The notes below the pieces were generated by a model. The model was not told the origin of the DNA. It searched no databases and worked only from the letters and a program-made list of their open reading frames with translations. The position numbers and the translations under genes were made by a program. This document shows, piece after piece, positions 29,689-39,267 of a stretch of DNA of 64,000 bases. This stretch comes from Alphaproteobacteria bacterium (GTDB lineage: Bacteria; Pseudomonadota; Alphaproteobacteria; UBA828): the NCBI GenBank assembly GCA_965214705.1, contig OZ243972.1, positions 1,056,001-1,120,000 of the forward strand, given 5' to 3'. Numbering within the stretch: the first letter of the stretch is position 1; every line of letters starts with the position of its first letter.

Positions 29689-29793
29689 TCGCTCACGGCA
29701 GCCGGCCTGCGGCCGGCGCCTCCGCGTGGGCGCCGCAGGAGCGGCGGGCCGCGGTCGCGGCCTGTCGCGCGTCCGCCAAAGACGGACGCGCTC
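29689..29793. repeat. 105-bp multi-hairpin dispersed repeat, copy 3
   Basis: Gapless match to copies 1 and 2; ends in GCTCTA, which contains the trpE(G) stop. Confidence 0.9.
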
Positions 29794-31979
29794 TATTCTC
29801 CGGCCGGCGGGCCCCCGTTCCCGGTCAGTGCGGTCATCATGTTGTCGATCAGCCGCATGCCGATGTTGTCGTCGAGGGAGAGAATCGATTCCGGGTGGAA
29901 CTGCACGGCGGCGATGGGGCGTTCCCGGTGCTCCAGCGCCATGATGACGCCGTCGTCGGTCTCGGCGGTGACCTTGAGCAGATCGTCGGGAAGCGACACG
30001 CGCGCGGCGTAGAGCGAGTGGTAGCGGCCGACGCGGAAGCGCGCCGGCAGCCCCTGGAAGAGTGCGCTGGCCTTCGCCGTGACCTCCGACGGCTTGCCGT
30101 GGACCGGCTCGTCGAGCTGGCCGAGCCGGCCGCCGAAATACTCGGCCACGGCCTGAAGCCCGAGGCAAACGCCGAAGAGCGGCACGCCCTTCGCCAGCAC
30201 CAGCTCGATGGTCTCGGCCGTGCCGAAATCTTCGGGCCGGCCGGGGCCGGGCGAGAGCACGACCAGATCGGGCGCGCCGTCCCGCAGCACTTCGCGCGCG
30301 GGCTCGGGCCGGAGCGTCTCGACCTGGGCGCCGGTCTGCCGCAGGTAGTTGGCGAGTGTGTGGACGAAGGAATCCTCGTGATCAACCAGGAGCACGCGTC
30401 TGGCAGCCCCCTGCTGGGCTGAGGGCGCGCGCACCGGCGCGGGCGCCGCCTCCGCCCTCACGGCGGCGAAGAGCGCAGACGCCTTGAGCCGGCATTCCTC
30501 GTCTTCGGCGTCCGGGTCGCTGTCATAGAGCAGCGTGGCGCCGGCCCTGATCTCGGCGATGCCGTCCTTCATGCGGACGGTGCGGAGCGTGAGCCCGGTG
30601 TTCATCGCCCCGTCGAAGCCGATGCGGCCGATGGCACCGCCGTACCAGCGCCGCGCCGAGCGCTCGTTCGCCTCGATGAAGCGGATCGCCCAGTGCTTGG
30701 GCGCGCCGGTCACCGTCACCGCCCAGGTGTGGCTGAGGAAGGCGTCCAGCGCGTCGAACTCGGGGCGGAGGATGCCTTCGACGTGGTCGACCGTGTGGAT
30801 CAGGCGCGAGTAGAGCTCTACCTGGCGCCGGCCGATCACCCGCACCGAGCCCGGCTCGCAGATGCGCGACTTGTCGTTGCGGTCGACGTCGGTGCACATG
30901 GTGAGCTCGGCCTCGTCCTTGGCCGAGTTGAGGAGCTTCGCGATCTGAGCGGCGTCGCCGAGCGCATCCTTGCCGCGGGCGATGGTGCCGGAGATGGGGC
31001 AGGTCTCGACCCGGCGGCCCTCGACCCGCACGTACATCTCGGGCGAGGCGGCCACCAGGAACTCGCCGGCGCCCAGGTTCATCAGCGCGCAGTAGGGCGC
31101 GGGATTGAGGGTGCGCAGGCGGTCGAACACCGCGGACGGCGGGTCGGCGCAGGCCTCGCTGAACTGCTGGCTCAGCACCACCTCGAAGAGGTCGCCCCGG
31201 CGGAACGCATCCTTGGCGCGGTCCACCGCCGCCGGGTACTGGCCCGGCTCGTGGTCGTTGGCCGGCGGTTCGCTGCCGGGGGGCGCGGGCGCGTAGGCGT
31301 CCTCTCGCGGCGCGCGGGCCATGTCGCGCGTGTCCTCGCCGGGTGTGACGAAATCGTAGCGGTGCCGCACTGCCCGATCCGACATGTGATCGACCACCAG
31401 GATCTCGTCGGGCACGAAGAGCACCAGATCGCGCTGGTCCGCCGGGCGCTCTAGCTTGAGCGCCACCGGCTCGAACTGGTGGGCGAGGTCGTAGCCGAAG
31501 GCGCCGTAGAGGCCGAAATGCTGGTCCTCGTCGTTACCGAAGAGGTCGATGACCGCGCGTAGCAGGCTGAAGATCGAGGGCTGCCGGCTGCGCTGCTCCT
31601 CGGGCACGATTTCCACCGGCGGGTGAATGTGCCCGTGGAGGCGATCGCCGTCTGCTTCCAGCGCGGCGACGGCGGATAGCGGCTCGATGGCGGCGCGGAT
31701 GGGCTCCAGCAGCACCCGGCCCCTTGGCTCGAGCGCCGTCACCTCGAAGTCCCGCCCGCGGCAGCTGATGGCGAGCGGCGGGGCGGCGAAGCCCAGGTCC
31801 CAGCGCGTGTAACGGCCGGGGAACTCGAAGCAGGACGACATGAAGACGCCGGGATAGCGGTCCAGACGCTCGACCAGGTCAGCGGCCGCAGGGCCGACCG
31901 CCGTCTCGCGGTCGCTGCGGTGGATGGCGATGCCGCCGCGGGTGCGATAGCGGCGATCGAGGTTCCCGGCGTCGCTCAT
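29793..31979 (-). CDS. trpE: Fused anthranilate synthase TrpE(G)
   Basis: ASPEMYV, CPISGT, TVTGAPK, RAGATLL, then GATase DHEDSFVH, SPGPG, GVCLG, QFHPES. Confidence 0.95.
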   Translation of the reverse strand: MSDAGNLDRRYRTRGGIAIHRSDRETAVGPAAADLVERLDRYPGVFMSSCFEFPGRYTRWDLGFAAPPLAISCRGRDFEVTALEPRGRVLLEPIRAAIEPLSAVAALEADGDRLHGHIHPPVEIVPEEQRSRQPSIFSLLRAVIDLFGNDEDQHFGLYGAFGYDLAHQFEPVALKLERPADQRDLVLFVPDEILVVDHMSDRAVRHRYDFVTPGEDTRDMARAPREDAYAPAPPGSEPPANDHEPGQYPAAVDRAKDAFRRGDLFEVVLSQQFSEACADPPSAVFDRLRTLNPAPYCALMNLGAGEFLVAASPEMYVRVEGRRVETCPISGTIARGKDALGDAAQIAKLLNSAKDEAELTMCTDVDRNDKSRICEPGSVRVIGRRQVELYSRLIHTVDHVEGILRPEFDALDAFLSHTWAVTVTGAPKHWAIRFIEANERSARRWYGGAIGRIGFDGAMNTGLTLRTVRMKDGIAEIRAGATLLYDSDPDAEDEECRLKASALFAAVRAEAAPAPVRAPSAQQGAARRVLLVDHEDSFVHTLANYLRQTGAQVETLRPEPAREVLRDGAPDLVVLSPGPGRPEDFGTAETIELVLAKGVPLFGVCLGLQAVAEYFGGRLGQLDEPVHGKPSEVTAKASALFQGLPARFRVGRYHSLYAARVSLPDDLLKVTAETDDGVIMALEHRERPIAAVQFHPESILSLDDNIGMRLIDNMMTALTGNGGPPAGE

Positions 31980-32029
31980 GGCGCCCTTATGCCGCTTGCG
32001 GCCACCCCCTTGTCAAGCGACGCGGGGAT

Positions 32030-33370
32030 TCAGAGGCGGCGCAGCTCCACGACCGACTCGTAGAGCGCGCTCCCGTTCGCCTTGCCGGCACGGACGCTGG
32101 ACTCGACGATGCTGCTGCCGACCCGCGTCTCGCGGGGAACGTGAATGCCTGCCACCTGGAACCCGCGGGACTTGGCGATGGCGGCGAGGAATCGGTCGGT
32201 GGGAATCGGCACCCCCTGCAGGATGGAGTTTCCGATCACCACCAGGGCCGTCGTGCCGGGCCGCAAGCACCAGGCCGCGCCGTCGAGGAAGCGCGCGCAG
32301 TCGTTGAAGTAGCGCGCCGCGTAGTTGGCCCAGCCGTTGCCGCCGTAGAGTCCCTTGTCGGGGTTGCGCACACGCACCGCCTCGATGGCCTCCCGAATCG
32401 CGTCGTCATCGATGGAGAGGTCGAGGTCGATGCGCTCTTCGTCGCGGGCGTTCTGCCAGTAGGTGCCGACGTTGAGTTCCTCCAGCCGCTTCAGGTCGCG
32501 CGGCGCGGCGCAGAACCCCAGCCAATAGAGGTGTGGACGGGTATTGCGGTTGTAGTGGTAGTTGTTGAGGTAGGGCGGCGAGGTGACGAGCAGATCCACG
32601 CTTCCCTCGCCCAGTTCGGCGTAGCCCTCGAAGAAGGACTGTTCGAAGACGCGCCCGTCGTCGCGCTCAGGATTCGCCCGTGCACCGCCATACCAATCGA
32701 TATCGTCCGCCATCTGAGAGAGCTTGGTTGCGATCACGTCGGCTACGTCGTCGTCTTCCACGTCCGCCCGCCCGACGGATGCCTTGCGACCCAGGCTCGG
32801 CTCATAGGAGTAGTTGGAGTAGCTCACCATGGTCGCGGCGAAGGCGAGGCGGAACAGCGCGGCGATGGGCGCATCCAGCGTGGCCATGAAATCGAAGGCC
32901 AACAAGACCTTGCGCTCCACCGCCGGGCTGTAGAACGGCGCCCGCGTGCGGAAAGCGGCGGGCGGCGACGCCTTTGGCGCACGGCTCTTGCGCTCGCTCT
33001 CCTCCATGAACGCGACGAAGTCCGCGATGCTGGCGCTGAGCCGCTCCGGCGCCAGCCGATGCGCCCCCAGCTTCGCCCGTGCCGCGAAGGCGGCGTAAGG
33101 ATTGATTTCGAAGCCGATGGCGGCGTGGCCGGCGAGGTCGGCCTCGACCAGAGACGTGCCGACACCGGCGAAGGGGTCCAGCACGACGCCGGCCCCCGGC
33201 CCCGGCAGGTGCCTATCCAAGGCATCTTGGACGAACTGCCGAGAGAAACCCGCGATCCAGGGAACCCACCGGTGCACCGGTGTTTCCCGATTGGCCATGA
33301 AGGCGGGATCACGGAAGGCTCCGCGGCTCTCCTTCCGGCCGGCGGATGCGCTTACCGGCGGCTGCGGCAT
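32030..33370 (-). CDS. Site-specific DNA methyltransferase, probably N4-cytosine; no adjacent endonuclease
   Basis: VHRWVPWIAGFS, VLDPFAGVGT SAM-binding motif, LVTSPPY catalytic motif, VVIGNS. Confidence 0.85.
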   Translation of the reverse strand: MPQPPVSASAGRKESRGAFRDPAFMANRETPVHRWVPWIAGFSRQFVQDALDRHLPGPGAGVVLDPFAGVGTSLVEADLAGHAAIGFEINPYAAFAARAKLGAHRLAPERLSASIADFVAFMEESERKSRAPKASPPAAFRTRAPFYSPAVERKVLLAFDFMATLDAPIAALFRLAFAATMVSYSNYSYEPSLGRKASVGRADVEDDDVADVIATKLSQMADDIDWYGGARANPERDDGRVFEQSFFEGYAELGEGSVDLLVTSPPYLNNYHYNRNTRPHLYWLGFCAAPRDLKRLEELNVGTYWQNARDEERIDLDLSIDDDAIREAIEAVRVRNPDKGLYGGNGWANYAARYFNDCARFLDGAAWCLRPGTTALVVIGNSILQGVPIPTDRFLAAIAKSRGFQVAGIHVPRETRVGSSIVESSVRAGKANGSALYESVVELRRL

Positions 33371-33386
33371 GCCGCCCCGCCGGCGA

Positions 33387-34364
33387 TCAGGGGGTCAGGA
33401 TGGTCGAGCCCGTGGTCTTGCGGCCCTCCAGGTCGCGATGAGCCTGGGCAGCCTCGGCCAGCGGGTAGGTCTGGTGGATCTCGATCTTCACGGCGCCTGA
33501 GCGCACCACATCGAAGAGCGCGCCGGCCGATTCCTCAAGCTCCGGCCGCGTGGCGTTGTAGCCGAAGAGCGTGGGCCGCGTGATGTAGGCGCTCTTGGGC
33601 GCGAGGCGGGCTAGGTTGAAGTCGGTAATCGGGCCGGAGGCGTTGCCAAAGCTCGCGAGCGTGCCTAGCCGGGCCAAGCTGTTGAGCGAGCCCTCCAGCG
33701 TGTCGGCGCCGATGGAATCGTAGACCACGGGCACGCCCTGGCCGTCGGTAATTTCCATCACCCGCGCGGCGAAGTCCTCGGTCCGGTAGTTGACCGGGTG
33801 GTCGCAGCCGTGGGAGCGGGCGAGCGCCGCCTTCTCCTCCGAACCGACGGTGCCGATCACCGTCACGCCCAGGTGCTTGAGCCACTGGCACTGGATCAGC
33901 CCGACGCCGCCGGCTGCCGCGTGCACGAGCACGGTCTCCCCGGCCTTCACCGGGTAGGTGCGGCGGATCAGGTACTCGACTGTCATGCCTTGCAGCATCA
34001 TCGCTGCGCCCTGCTCGAAGCTGATGTCGGCGGGGAGCTCCACCAGCGAGCCTGCCGGCATCACGCGGGCCTCGGAATAGCCGCCGGGCGGCGGCGGGCT
34101 GGCGTAGGCCACGCGCATGCCCGCGGAGACATCGGTGACGGCCTCGCCCACGGCCTCGACCACGCCGGCACCCTCCATGCCGATGGTCCAGGGCAGCGAG
34201 GGCACCGGGTAGAGGCCGGTGCGGTGATAGACGTCGATGTAGTTGAGGCCGATCGCCTCGTGGCGCACCAGCGCCTCGCCGGGGCCGGGATCCAGCAGCG
34301 CCACATCCTCGTAATGCAGCACCTCGGGCCCGCCCGCCTCGTGCATCCGCACAGCCTTGACCAT
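33387..34364 (-). CDS. qor: NADPH:quinone oxidoreductase (zeta-crystallin type)
   Basis: GLNYIDVYHRTGLYP, HAAAGGVG, FGNASG, KTTGS. Confidence 0.93.
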   Translation of the reverse strand: MVKAVRMHEAGGPEVLHYEDVALLDPGPGEALVRHEAIGLNYIDVYHRTGLYPVPSLPWTIGMEGAGVVEAVGEAVTDVSAGMRVAYASPPPPGGYSEARVMPAGSLVELPADISFEQGAAMMLQGMTVEYLIRRTYPVKAGETVLVHAAAGGVGLIQCQWLKHLGVTVIGTVGSEEKAALARSHGCDHPVNYRTEDFAARVMEITDGQGVPVVYDSIGADTLEGSLNSLARLGTLASFGNASGPITDFNLARLAPKSAYITRPTLFGYNATRPELEESAGALFDVVRSGAVKIEIHQTYPLAEAAQAHRDLEGRKTTGSTILTP

Positions 34365-34409
34365 GGTTCTCCCTTTCCTGTCCGGGGCGCCCGCCCGGCC
34401 GCGCTCGGC

Positions 34410-34883
34410 TCAGACCGGAAGCTGCGGCGGAAGCGCGCGTTCCAATGCGAGAAGCTGGCGCTTGGTATCACAGCCGGCGCCGCCGGAGAACCCGCCGAGC
34501 GTGCCGCCTGCACCGACGACCCGGTGGCAGGGGATGATGAGGGGAATCGGGTTGGCGCCGCAGGCGCCGCCGACGGCGCGAGGGGCGCTGTCGAGCGCAC
34601 GGGCGAGGTCGCCGTAGCTGCGTGTTTGACCATAGGGGATCGCCTGCATCGCCGCCCACACCTTGAGGCGGAAGGACGTGCCCGAGGGCGCGAGCGGTAG
34701 CGTGAACTCGCGCAACGTGCCGGCAAAGTATTCGGTGAGCTGGCGCGCGGCCTCCGCCAGCACGCCGCCGTTCGGGCGAGGTCCGCCGCCAAGGCCGAAG
34801 TCGACGGCGGTGATCGCGTTCTCCTCGGCCGTGATCGTGAGCGGGCCGACGGGGCTATCGATGGTGCAATAGGCGGCGGGCAT
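34410..34883 (-). CDS. ogt: Methylated-DNA--protein-cysteine methyltransferase
   Basis: IPYGQTRSY, RAVGGAC, IIPCHRV. Confidence 0.93.
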   Translation of the reverse strand: MPAAYCTIDSPVGPLTITAEENAITAVDFGLGGGPRPNGGVLAEAARQLTEYFAGTLREFTLPLAPSGTSFRLKVWAAMQAIPYGQTRSYGDLARALDSAPRAVGGACGANPIPLIIPCHRVVGAGGTLGGFSGGAGCDTKRQLLALERALPPQLPV

Positions 34884-34888
34884 GACCC

Positions 34889-36928
34889 TCAGCCCTCCTC
34901 CGGCACCTGCGCCGCCTCGCGGAGCGCGGCTTTAAGGGCCTGCGGTTCCGTCAACGGCAGGGAGCAGACCGGGCCCACGCACACGTAGGCCGTGGCCATC
35001 CCCTCCTGCTGCCCCTTGCCGAAGGCGGGATGTCCGAGCGGCAGCGCCTCCTTTGGCGCGAGCCGGGTCAGCACACGGTTGGGCAGGCTGGTCGCGAACA
35101 CGGCGTCGAGCAGGGCCTGCGTCCCCCCGTCGGCGCGCGCGCCGCAGACCACCACCTGCACCGCGCGGCGCAGCACCTCGCTGTTGTTGGCAAGCGTGGA
35201 GAGCGGCGAGAAGTTCCGCTCCAGCTCGCCAGAGAACGCCGTGACCAGCGCCTCGGCGCGGTCGCGATAGGCCGCCTCGCCAGTGAGATGGTGGAGACGC
35301 GCGAGCACGCCGACCATGGTGCCGTTGCCGGCGGGCGTCGCGGCGTCGTGGGCAGTCTTGGTGCGGCTGATGCTCTTCTCGGCATCGTCGGGCGCGTAGA
35401 AGTAGCCGCCTTCGTCCGTGTCCCAGTAGTGGGCGTCGAGCACCGCGACCCAGCCGCGCGCGCGCTCCACGTAGGCGCCCTCGCCCGTGGTCTCGGCCAG
35501 CATCAGCGCCGCCCGCGCCATCTCGGCATAGTCGTCCAGGAACTCCACGTCCTTGGAGCGGCCGTGCCGCGCGGCGTGGCGGAGCCTGTCACCGGCCGCC
35601 ATGGGCCCCGCGACGTAGTCGAACGCCTCGACCGACGCGTCGAGCCACGCCGGTGCGCCAAAGACCATGGCGGCGTTGGCGAGCGCTGCGATCATCAGGC
35701 CGTTCCAGTCGGCGAGCACCTTGTCATCCCAGCCGGGGCGCTCGCGGCCTGCGCGGCGTTCCAGCAGGATCGTGCGCATACCGGCGAGGCGGGCCTCGTC
35801 CGGAGCCCCATCGGTGCCGGGCGGCAGGAGCCGGTTGAGGATGGTCTTCCCCTCCCAATTGCCGCCGGCACCGACGTCGTAGACGGCCTTGAAATAGGCC
35901 GCGTCTGCCCCGAGCAGTTCGCCGATCTCGGCCTCGTGCCAGACGTAGAATTTGCCCTCTTCGCCCTCGGAATCCGCATCCAGCGCGCTCGCGAAGGCGC
36001 CCTCGCCCGTCCGCATCTCACGCAGCACCCAGGCTACGGTCTCGGCCGCGCGGGCGGCGAAGAGCGGCTCGCCGGTCTCCTGCCAGACATGGCAGAGCAG
36101 GTCGAGCAGCTGGGCGTTGTCGTAGAGCATCTTCTCGAAATGGGGCGCAAGCCAGCGCTCGTCGGTGGAGTAGCGCGCGAACCCGCCGCCCAGGTGGTCG
36201 TAGATGCCGCCCTGGCACATGCGCTCCATGCTCAGCACCACGGCGGTCTTCATCAACTGCGAGCCAGTACGCAGGTAGCTGCGCCAGAGCAGCTCCAGCA
36301 TGGAACATTGCGGGAACTTTGGCGCACCGCCGATGCCGCCGTGGCGTCCATCGACCTCGCGCAGCAGCGAGAGTGCCATGTTCTCTGTTTGTGCCTCGGT
36401 GACGGGGTCGCCGGGCTTGCTTCGGGCGAGACCTTGCAGCGCTTCGACCAGCGCTGTTCTGTTTTTGTCCACCTTTTCGCGGTCGTTGCGGTAGGTCTGC
36501 TCGATCAGGCTCAGCACGTCCTTGAAGCCGGGCCGACCGAAGCGGGGCTCCAGCGGGAAGTAGGTGCCGCCCCAGAAGGGCTCGGCGTCGGGAGTGAGGA
36601 ACATGGTGAGCGGCCAGCCGCCCTGTTGGCCCATGAGCGCGAGCGCCCGCTGGTAGATGGTGTCGAGGTCGGGGCGTTCTTCGCGGTCCACCTTGATGTT
36701 GACGAAGAGCCGGTTCATCAGCCGGGCGGTCTCTTCGTCCTCGAAGCTCTCGTGGGCCATGACATGGCACCAGTGGCAGGCGGAATAGCCCACCGAGAGC
36801 AGGATCGGCTTGTCGGCCTCCTTGGCTTCCGCCAGCGCCTCGGGCCCCCAGGGGCGCCAATGCACCGGGTTGTCCTGGTGCTGCAGGAGGTAGGGACTGG
36901 TTTCCGCGCGGAGCTGGTTCTCGCTCAT
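34889..36928 (-). CDS. YyaL-like thioredoxin-domain/six-hairpin protein
   Basis: [42 protein letters not shown]. Confidence 0.92.
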   Translation of the reverse strand: MSENQLRAETSPYLLQHQDNPVHWRPWGPEALAEAKEADKPILLSVGYSACHWCHVMAHESFEDEETARLMNRLFVNIKVDREERPDLDTIYQRALALMGQQGGWPLTMFLTPDAEPFWGGTYFPLEPRFGRPGFKDVLSLIEQTYRNDREKVDKNRTALVEALQGLARSKPGDPVTEAQTENMALSLLREVDGRHGGIGGAPKFPQCSMLELLWRSYLRTGSQLMKTAVVLSMERMCQGGIYDHLGGGFARYSTDERWLAPHFEKMLYDNAQLLDLLCHVWQETGEPLFAARAAETVAWVLREMRTGEGAFASALDADSEGEEGKFYVWHEAEIGELLGADAAYFKAVYDVGAGGNWEGKTILNRLLPPGTDGAPDEARLAGMRTILLERRAGRERPGWDDKVLADWNGLMIAALANAAMVFGAPAWLDASVEAFDYVAGPMAAGDRLRHAARHGRSKDVEFLDDYAEMARAALMLAETTGEGAYVERARGWVAVLDAHYWDTDEGGYFYAPDDAEKSISRTKTAHDAATPAGNGTMVGVLARLHHLTGEAAYRDRAEALVTAFSGELERNFSPLSTLANNSEVLRRAVQVVVCGARADGGTQALLDAVFATSLPNRVLTRLAPKEALPLGHPAFGKGQQEGMATAYVCVGPVCSLPLTEPQALKAALREAAQVPEEG

Positions 36929-37120
36929 GGCCGTTCCCGTCTGGTTCGGGCCGCGCGGCAGGGGGCGGCCTTGGGCGGGAGCATAGGGTGCCGGGGCCTA
37001 AGCCACCAGTCTTGGAGGCTGTTGCAGCCGACCGCAGAGAGAACCTGTTCATGGATCAGGCGGCGGGGTAAGGTCGCGCCCGTCGCCTGACCGCGGATTG
37101 TGCCGCGAGCGAGGGTTGCC

Positions 37121-37393
37121 ATGAAGGTCAAGATCGAGATCGACTGCACGCCGGAGGAGGCCCGTGCCTTCTGCGGGATGCCCGACCTGACGGCGGCCCA
37201 CGACGCCATGACAAAGGGCCTGGAGGCGCGCATGGCGGAGGCGATCGGCCAGATCGACCCCGAAGCGCTGCTGAAATCGTGGCTCCCCGGCGGCCTCAAG
37301 GGCTTCGAGTCCATGCAGAAAGCCTTCTGGGAAGGGTTTGGCCAAGCCAGCGGCGGCGCGCCCAAGGGCGGCAGCGGAGGCGGCGCGGGATGA
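37121..37393 (+). CDS. DUF6489-like small protein
   Basis: MKVKIEIDCTPEEARAFCGMPD signature. Confidence 0.8.
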   Translation: MKVKIEIDCTPEEARAFCGMPDLTAAHDAMTKGLEARMAEAIGQIDPEALLKSWLPGGLKGFESMQKAFWEGFGQASGGAPKGGSGGGAG

Positions 37394-37788
37394 GCCGGGC
37401 GGACCCGCCCCTCTACTACCGGCGCCACGTCTTCTGCTGCGTCAACACCCGCGCGCCCGACCATCCGCGCGGCTGCTGCGGCGCGAAGGACTCGGTCAAG
37501 CTGCGCGCCCACATGAAGGCCAGAGCCAAGCAGCGCGGGCTCTCTGACGTGCGCATCAACGCGAGCCAGTGCCTGGATCGCTGCGAGTTCGGGCCGACCA
37601 TGGTGATCTATCCCGAGGGCGTCTGGTATGCGATCAAGACCGTGGCGGACGTGGACGAGATCATCGAGACCCACCTCGTGGGCGGCGGCCGGGTGGAGAG
37701 GCTGATGCTGATGCCCGACCAACCGTTGCCCGACGAGGCGGATGACTTCGGGGAGCCCAGCCGAGCGGCGGCGAGCGCCGCCTCCTGA
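37390..37788 (+). CDS. Thioredoxin-like [2Fe-2S] ferredoxin
   Basis: HVFCC..R....RGCC, CLDRCEFGP, IYPEGVWY; ATGA overlap with upstream gene. Confidence 0.9.
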   Translation: MSRADPPLYYRRHVFCCVNTRAPDHPRGCCGAKDSVKLRAHMKARAKQRGLSDVRINASQCLDRCEFGPTMVIYPEGVWYAIKTVADVDEIIETHLVGGGRVERLMLMPDQPLPDEADDFGEPSRAAASAAS

Positions 37789-37838
37789 CCCGGCGCTGGC
37801 CTGCCGCAAGCTCTCGGGCGGCACCCTCTCCATAGACC

Positions 37839-39173
37839 ATGAGCGGCGACACTATCTTCGCGCTGTCGAGCGGAGGCGCGCGCGCCGCCATCGCGGTGGT
37901 CCGGGTCTCGGGCCCCGCGGCGGCGGAAGCGCTGACGCGGATCGGCGGTGAACCGCTGCCTGCGCCGCGCCGGGCTGTGCTCCGGCGTTTCCGTGAGCCG
38001 GAAACGGGCGAGCCGATCGACCAGGGGCTGGCGCTCTGGTTCCCAGGCCCCGGCAGCGCAACCGGCGAGGACATGACGGAGTTTCACGTGCATGGCGGGC
38101 CCGCCGTCATCGCCGCGCTCTGCGATGCGCTCGCTGCGATCCCCGGCCTGCGCCCGGCCGAGCCCGGCGAGTTCACCCGCCGCGCCTTCGAGGCCGGCCG
38201 CCTTGACCTCACGGAAGCGGAGGGGACCGCCGATCTGGTCGCGGCCGAAACCGAAGCCCAGCGGCGCCAGGCGCTCGCCCAGATGGAAGGCGGGCTGCAT
38301 CGGCTCTACGACGGCTGGCGCGACCAGCTCATGGCGCTCCGGGCCAACGTCGAGGCCGCCATCGATTTCTCGGATCAGGAGCTGGGCGAGGATCCGATGG
38401 CGGCGGCGGCGCCCGGTCTTGCGGCGCTGGAGGCCGAGATCGCGGCGCATCTCGACGATTCCCGCCGGGGCGAGCGCCTGCGCGAAGGCTTTTGCATCGC
38501 CATCGTGGGCGCGCCGAATGCTGGAAAATCCAGCCTTCTCAATCGTTTAGCCGGGCGGGACGCGGCCATCGTTTCGACGCGTGCGGGCACCACCCGCGAC
38601 GTGGTCGAGGTGCGCCTGGATCTTGGTGGTTGGCCTATCACCCTCGCCGACACCGCGGGATTGCGCGAGAGCCAGGATGAGATCGAGAGCGAAGGCGTGC
38701 GCCGCGCCCTCGCCCGCGCAGCCAGCGCCGACCTCTCGCTGGTGGTTTTCGATGGCGCGCTTTGGCCCGAGGCCGATGCCCAGAGCCTCGCGCTGCTGGA
38801 CGACGACGCGCTCGCCGTTCTGAACAAGACCGATCTCTTTTCCGCCCCCGTCCCTGCCGAAATTGATGGCCGCTCGGCGCTGGGGGTCTCTTGCCTCACC
38901 GGCGCCGGCATCGACGCGTTGCTGGAGACACTGGCAAACGAGATCGCGCGGCGTTACCCGCCCGGCGGCGCGCCCGCGCTGACCCGCGCCCGTCACCGGC
39001 AGGCGGTCGTGGAGTGCCGCGACGCACTCGCACGCGCCATCGCCGGGCCCGCGGACGAGCGGCTGGCGGAAGAGCTCCGGCTCGCGGCGCATGCACTCGG
39101 CCGCATCACCGGCCGGGTCGATGTGGAGGCGGTGCTCGACCTCGTATTCCGCGATTTCTGTATCGGCAAATAG
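37839..39173 (+). CDS. mnmE: tRNA modification GTPase MnmE
   Basis: DTIFALSS, GAPNAGKSSL, GTTRD, DTAG, NKTD, FCIGK. Confidence 0.97.
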   Translation: MSGDTIFALSSGGARAAIAVVRVSGPAAAEALTRIGGEPLPAPRRAVLRRFREPETGEPIDQGLALWFPGPGSATGEDMTEFHVHGGPAVIAALCDALAAIPGLRPAEPGEFTRRAFEAGRLDLTEAEGTADLVAAETEAQRRQALAQMEGGLHRLYDGWRDQLMALRANVEAAIDFSDQELGEDPMAAAAPGLAALEAEIAAHLDDSRRGERLREGFCIAIVGAPNAGKSSLLNRLAGRDAAIVSTRAGTTRDVVEVRLDLGGWPITLADTAGLRESQDEIESEGVRRALARAASADLSLVVFDGALWPEADAQSLALLDDDALAVLNKTDLFSAPVPAEIDGRSALGVSCLTGAGIDALLETLANEIARRYPPGGAPALTRARHRQAVVECRDALARAIAGPADERLAEELRLAAHALGRITGRVDVEAVLDLVFRDFCIGK

Positions 39174-39267
39174 GGCGCTTGGCGCTTTACGGACGGGCGC
39201 GCGTGTCCTATAGGGGGCGCCGTTCCCAATGAGCCGAGCCGCAGACTGGGCGGCCGGGAGGGCGGCC

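Noticed and set aside
19676-29793. 105-bp repeats as a CRISPR array or tRNAs
   Set aside because: Dispersed over kilobases and too long, with no spacers or cas genes; no TTCRA T-loop or acceptor stem/CCA pattern
29793-31979. TrpE-TrpG fusion as a novelty
   Set aside because: Known architecture in rhizobia and Azospirillum
35030-37090. Long antisense ORFs (also 39208-41220, 1469-2884, 10780-12147, 53630-55318, 62090-63634)
   Set aside because: Antisense mirrors of GC3-biased genes with no recognisable domains
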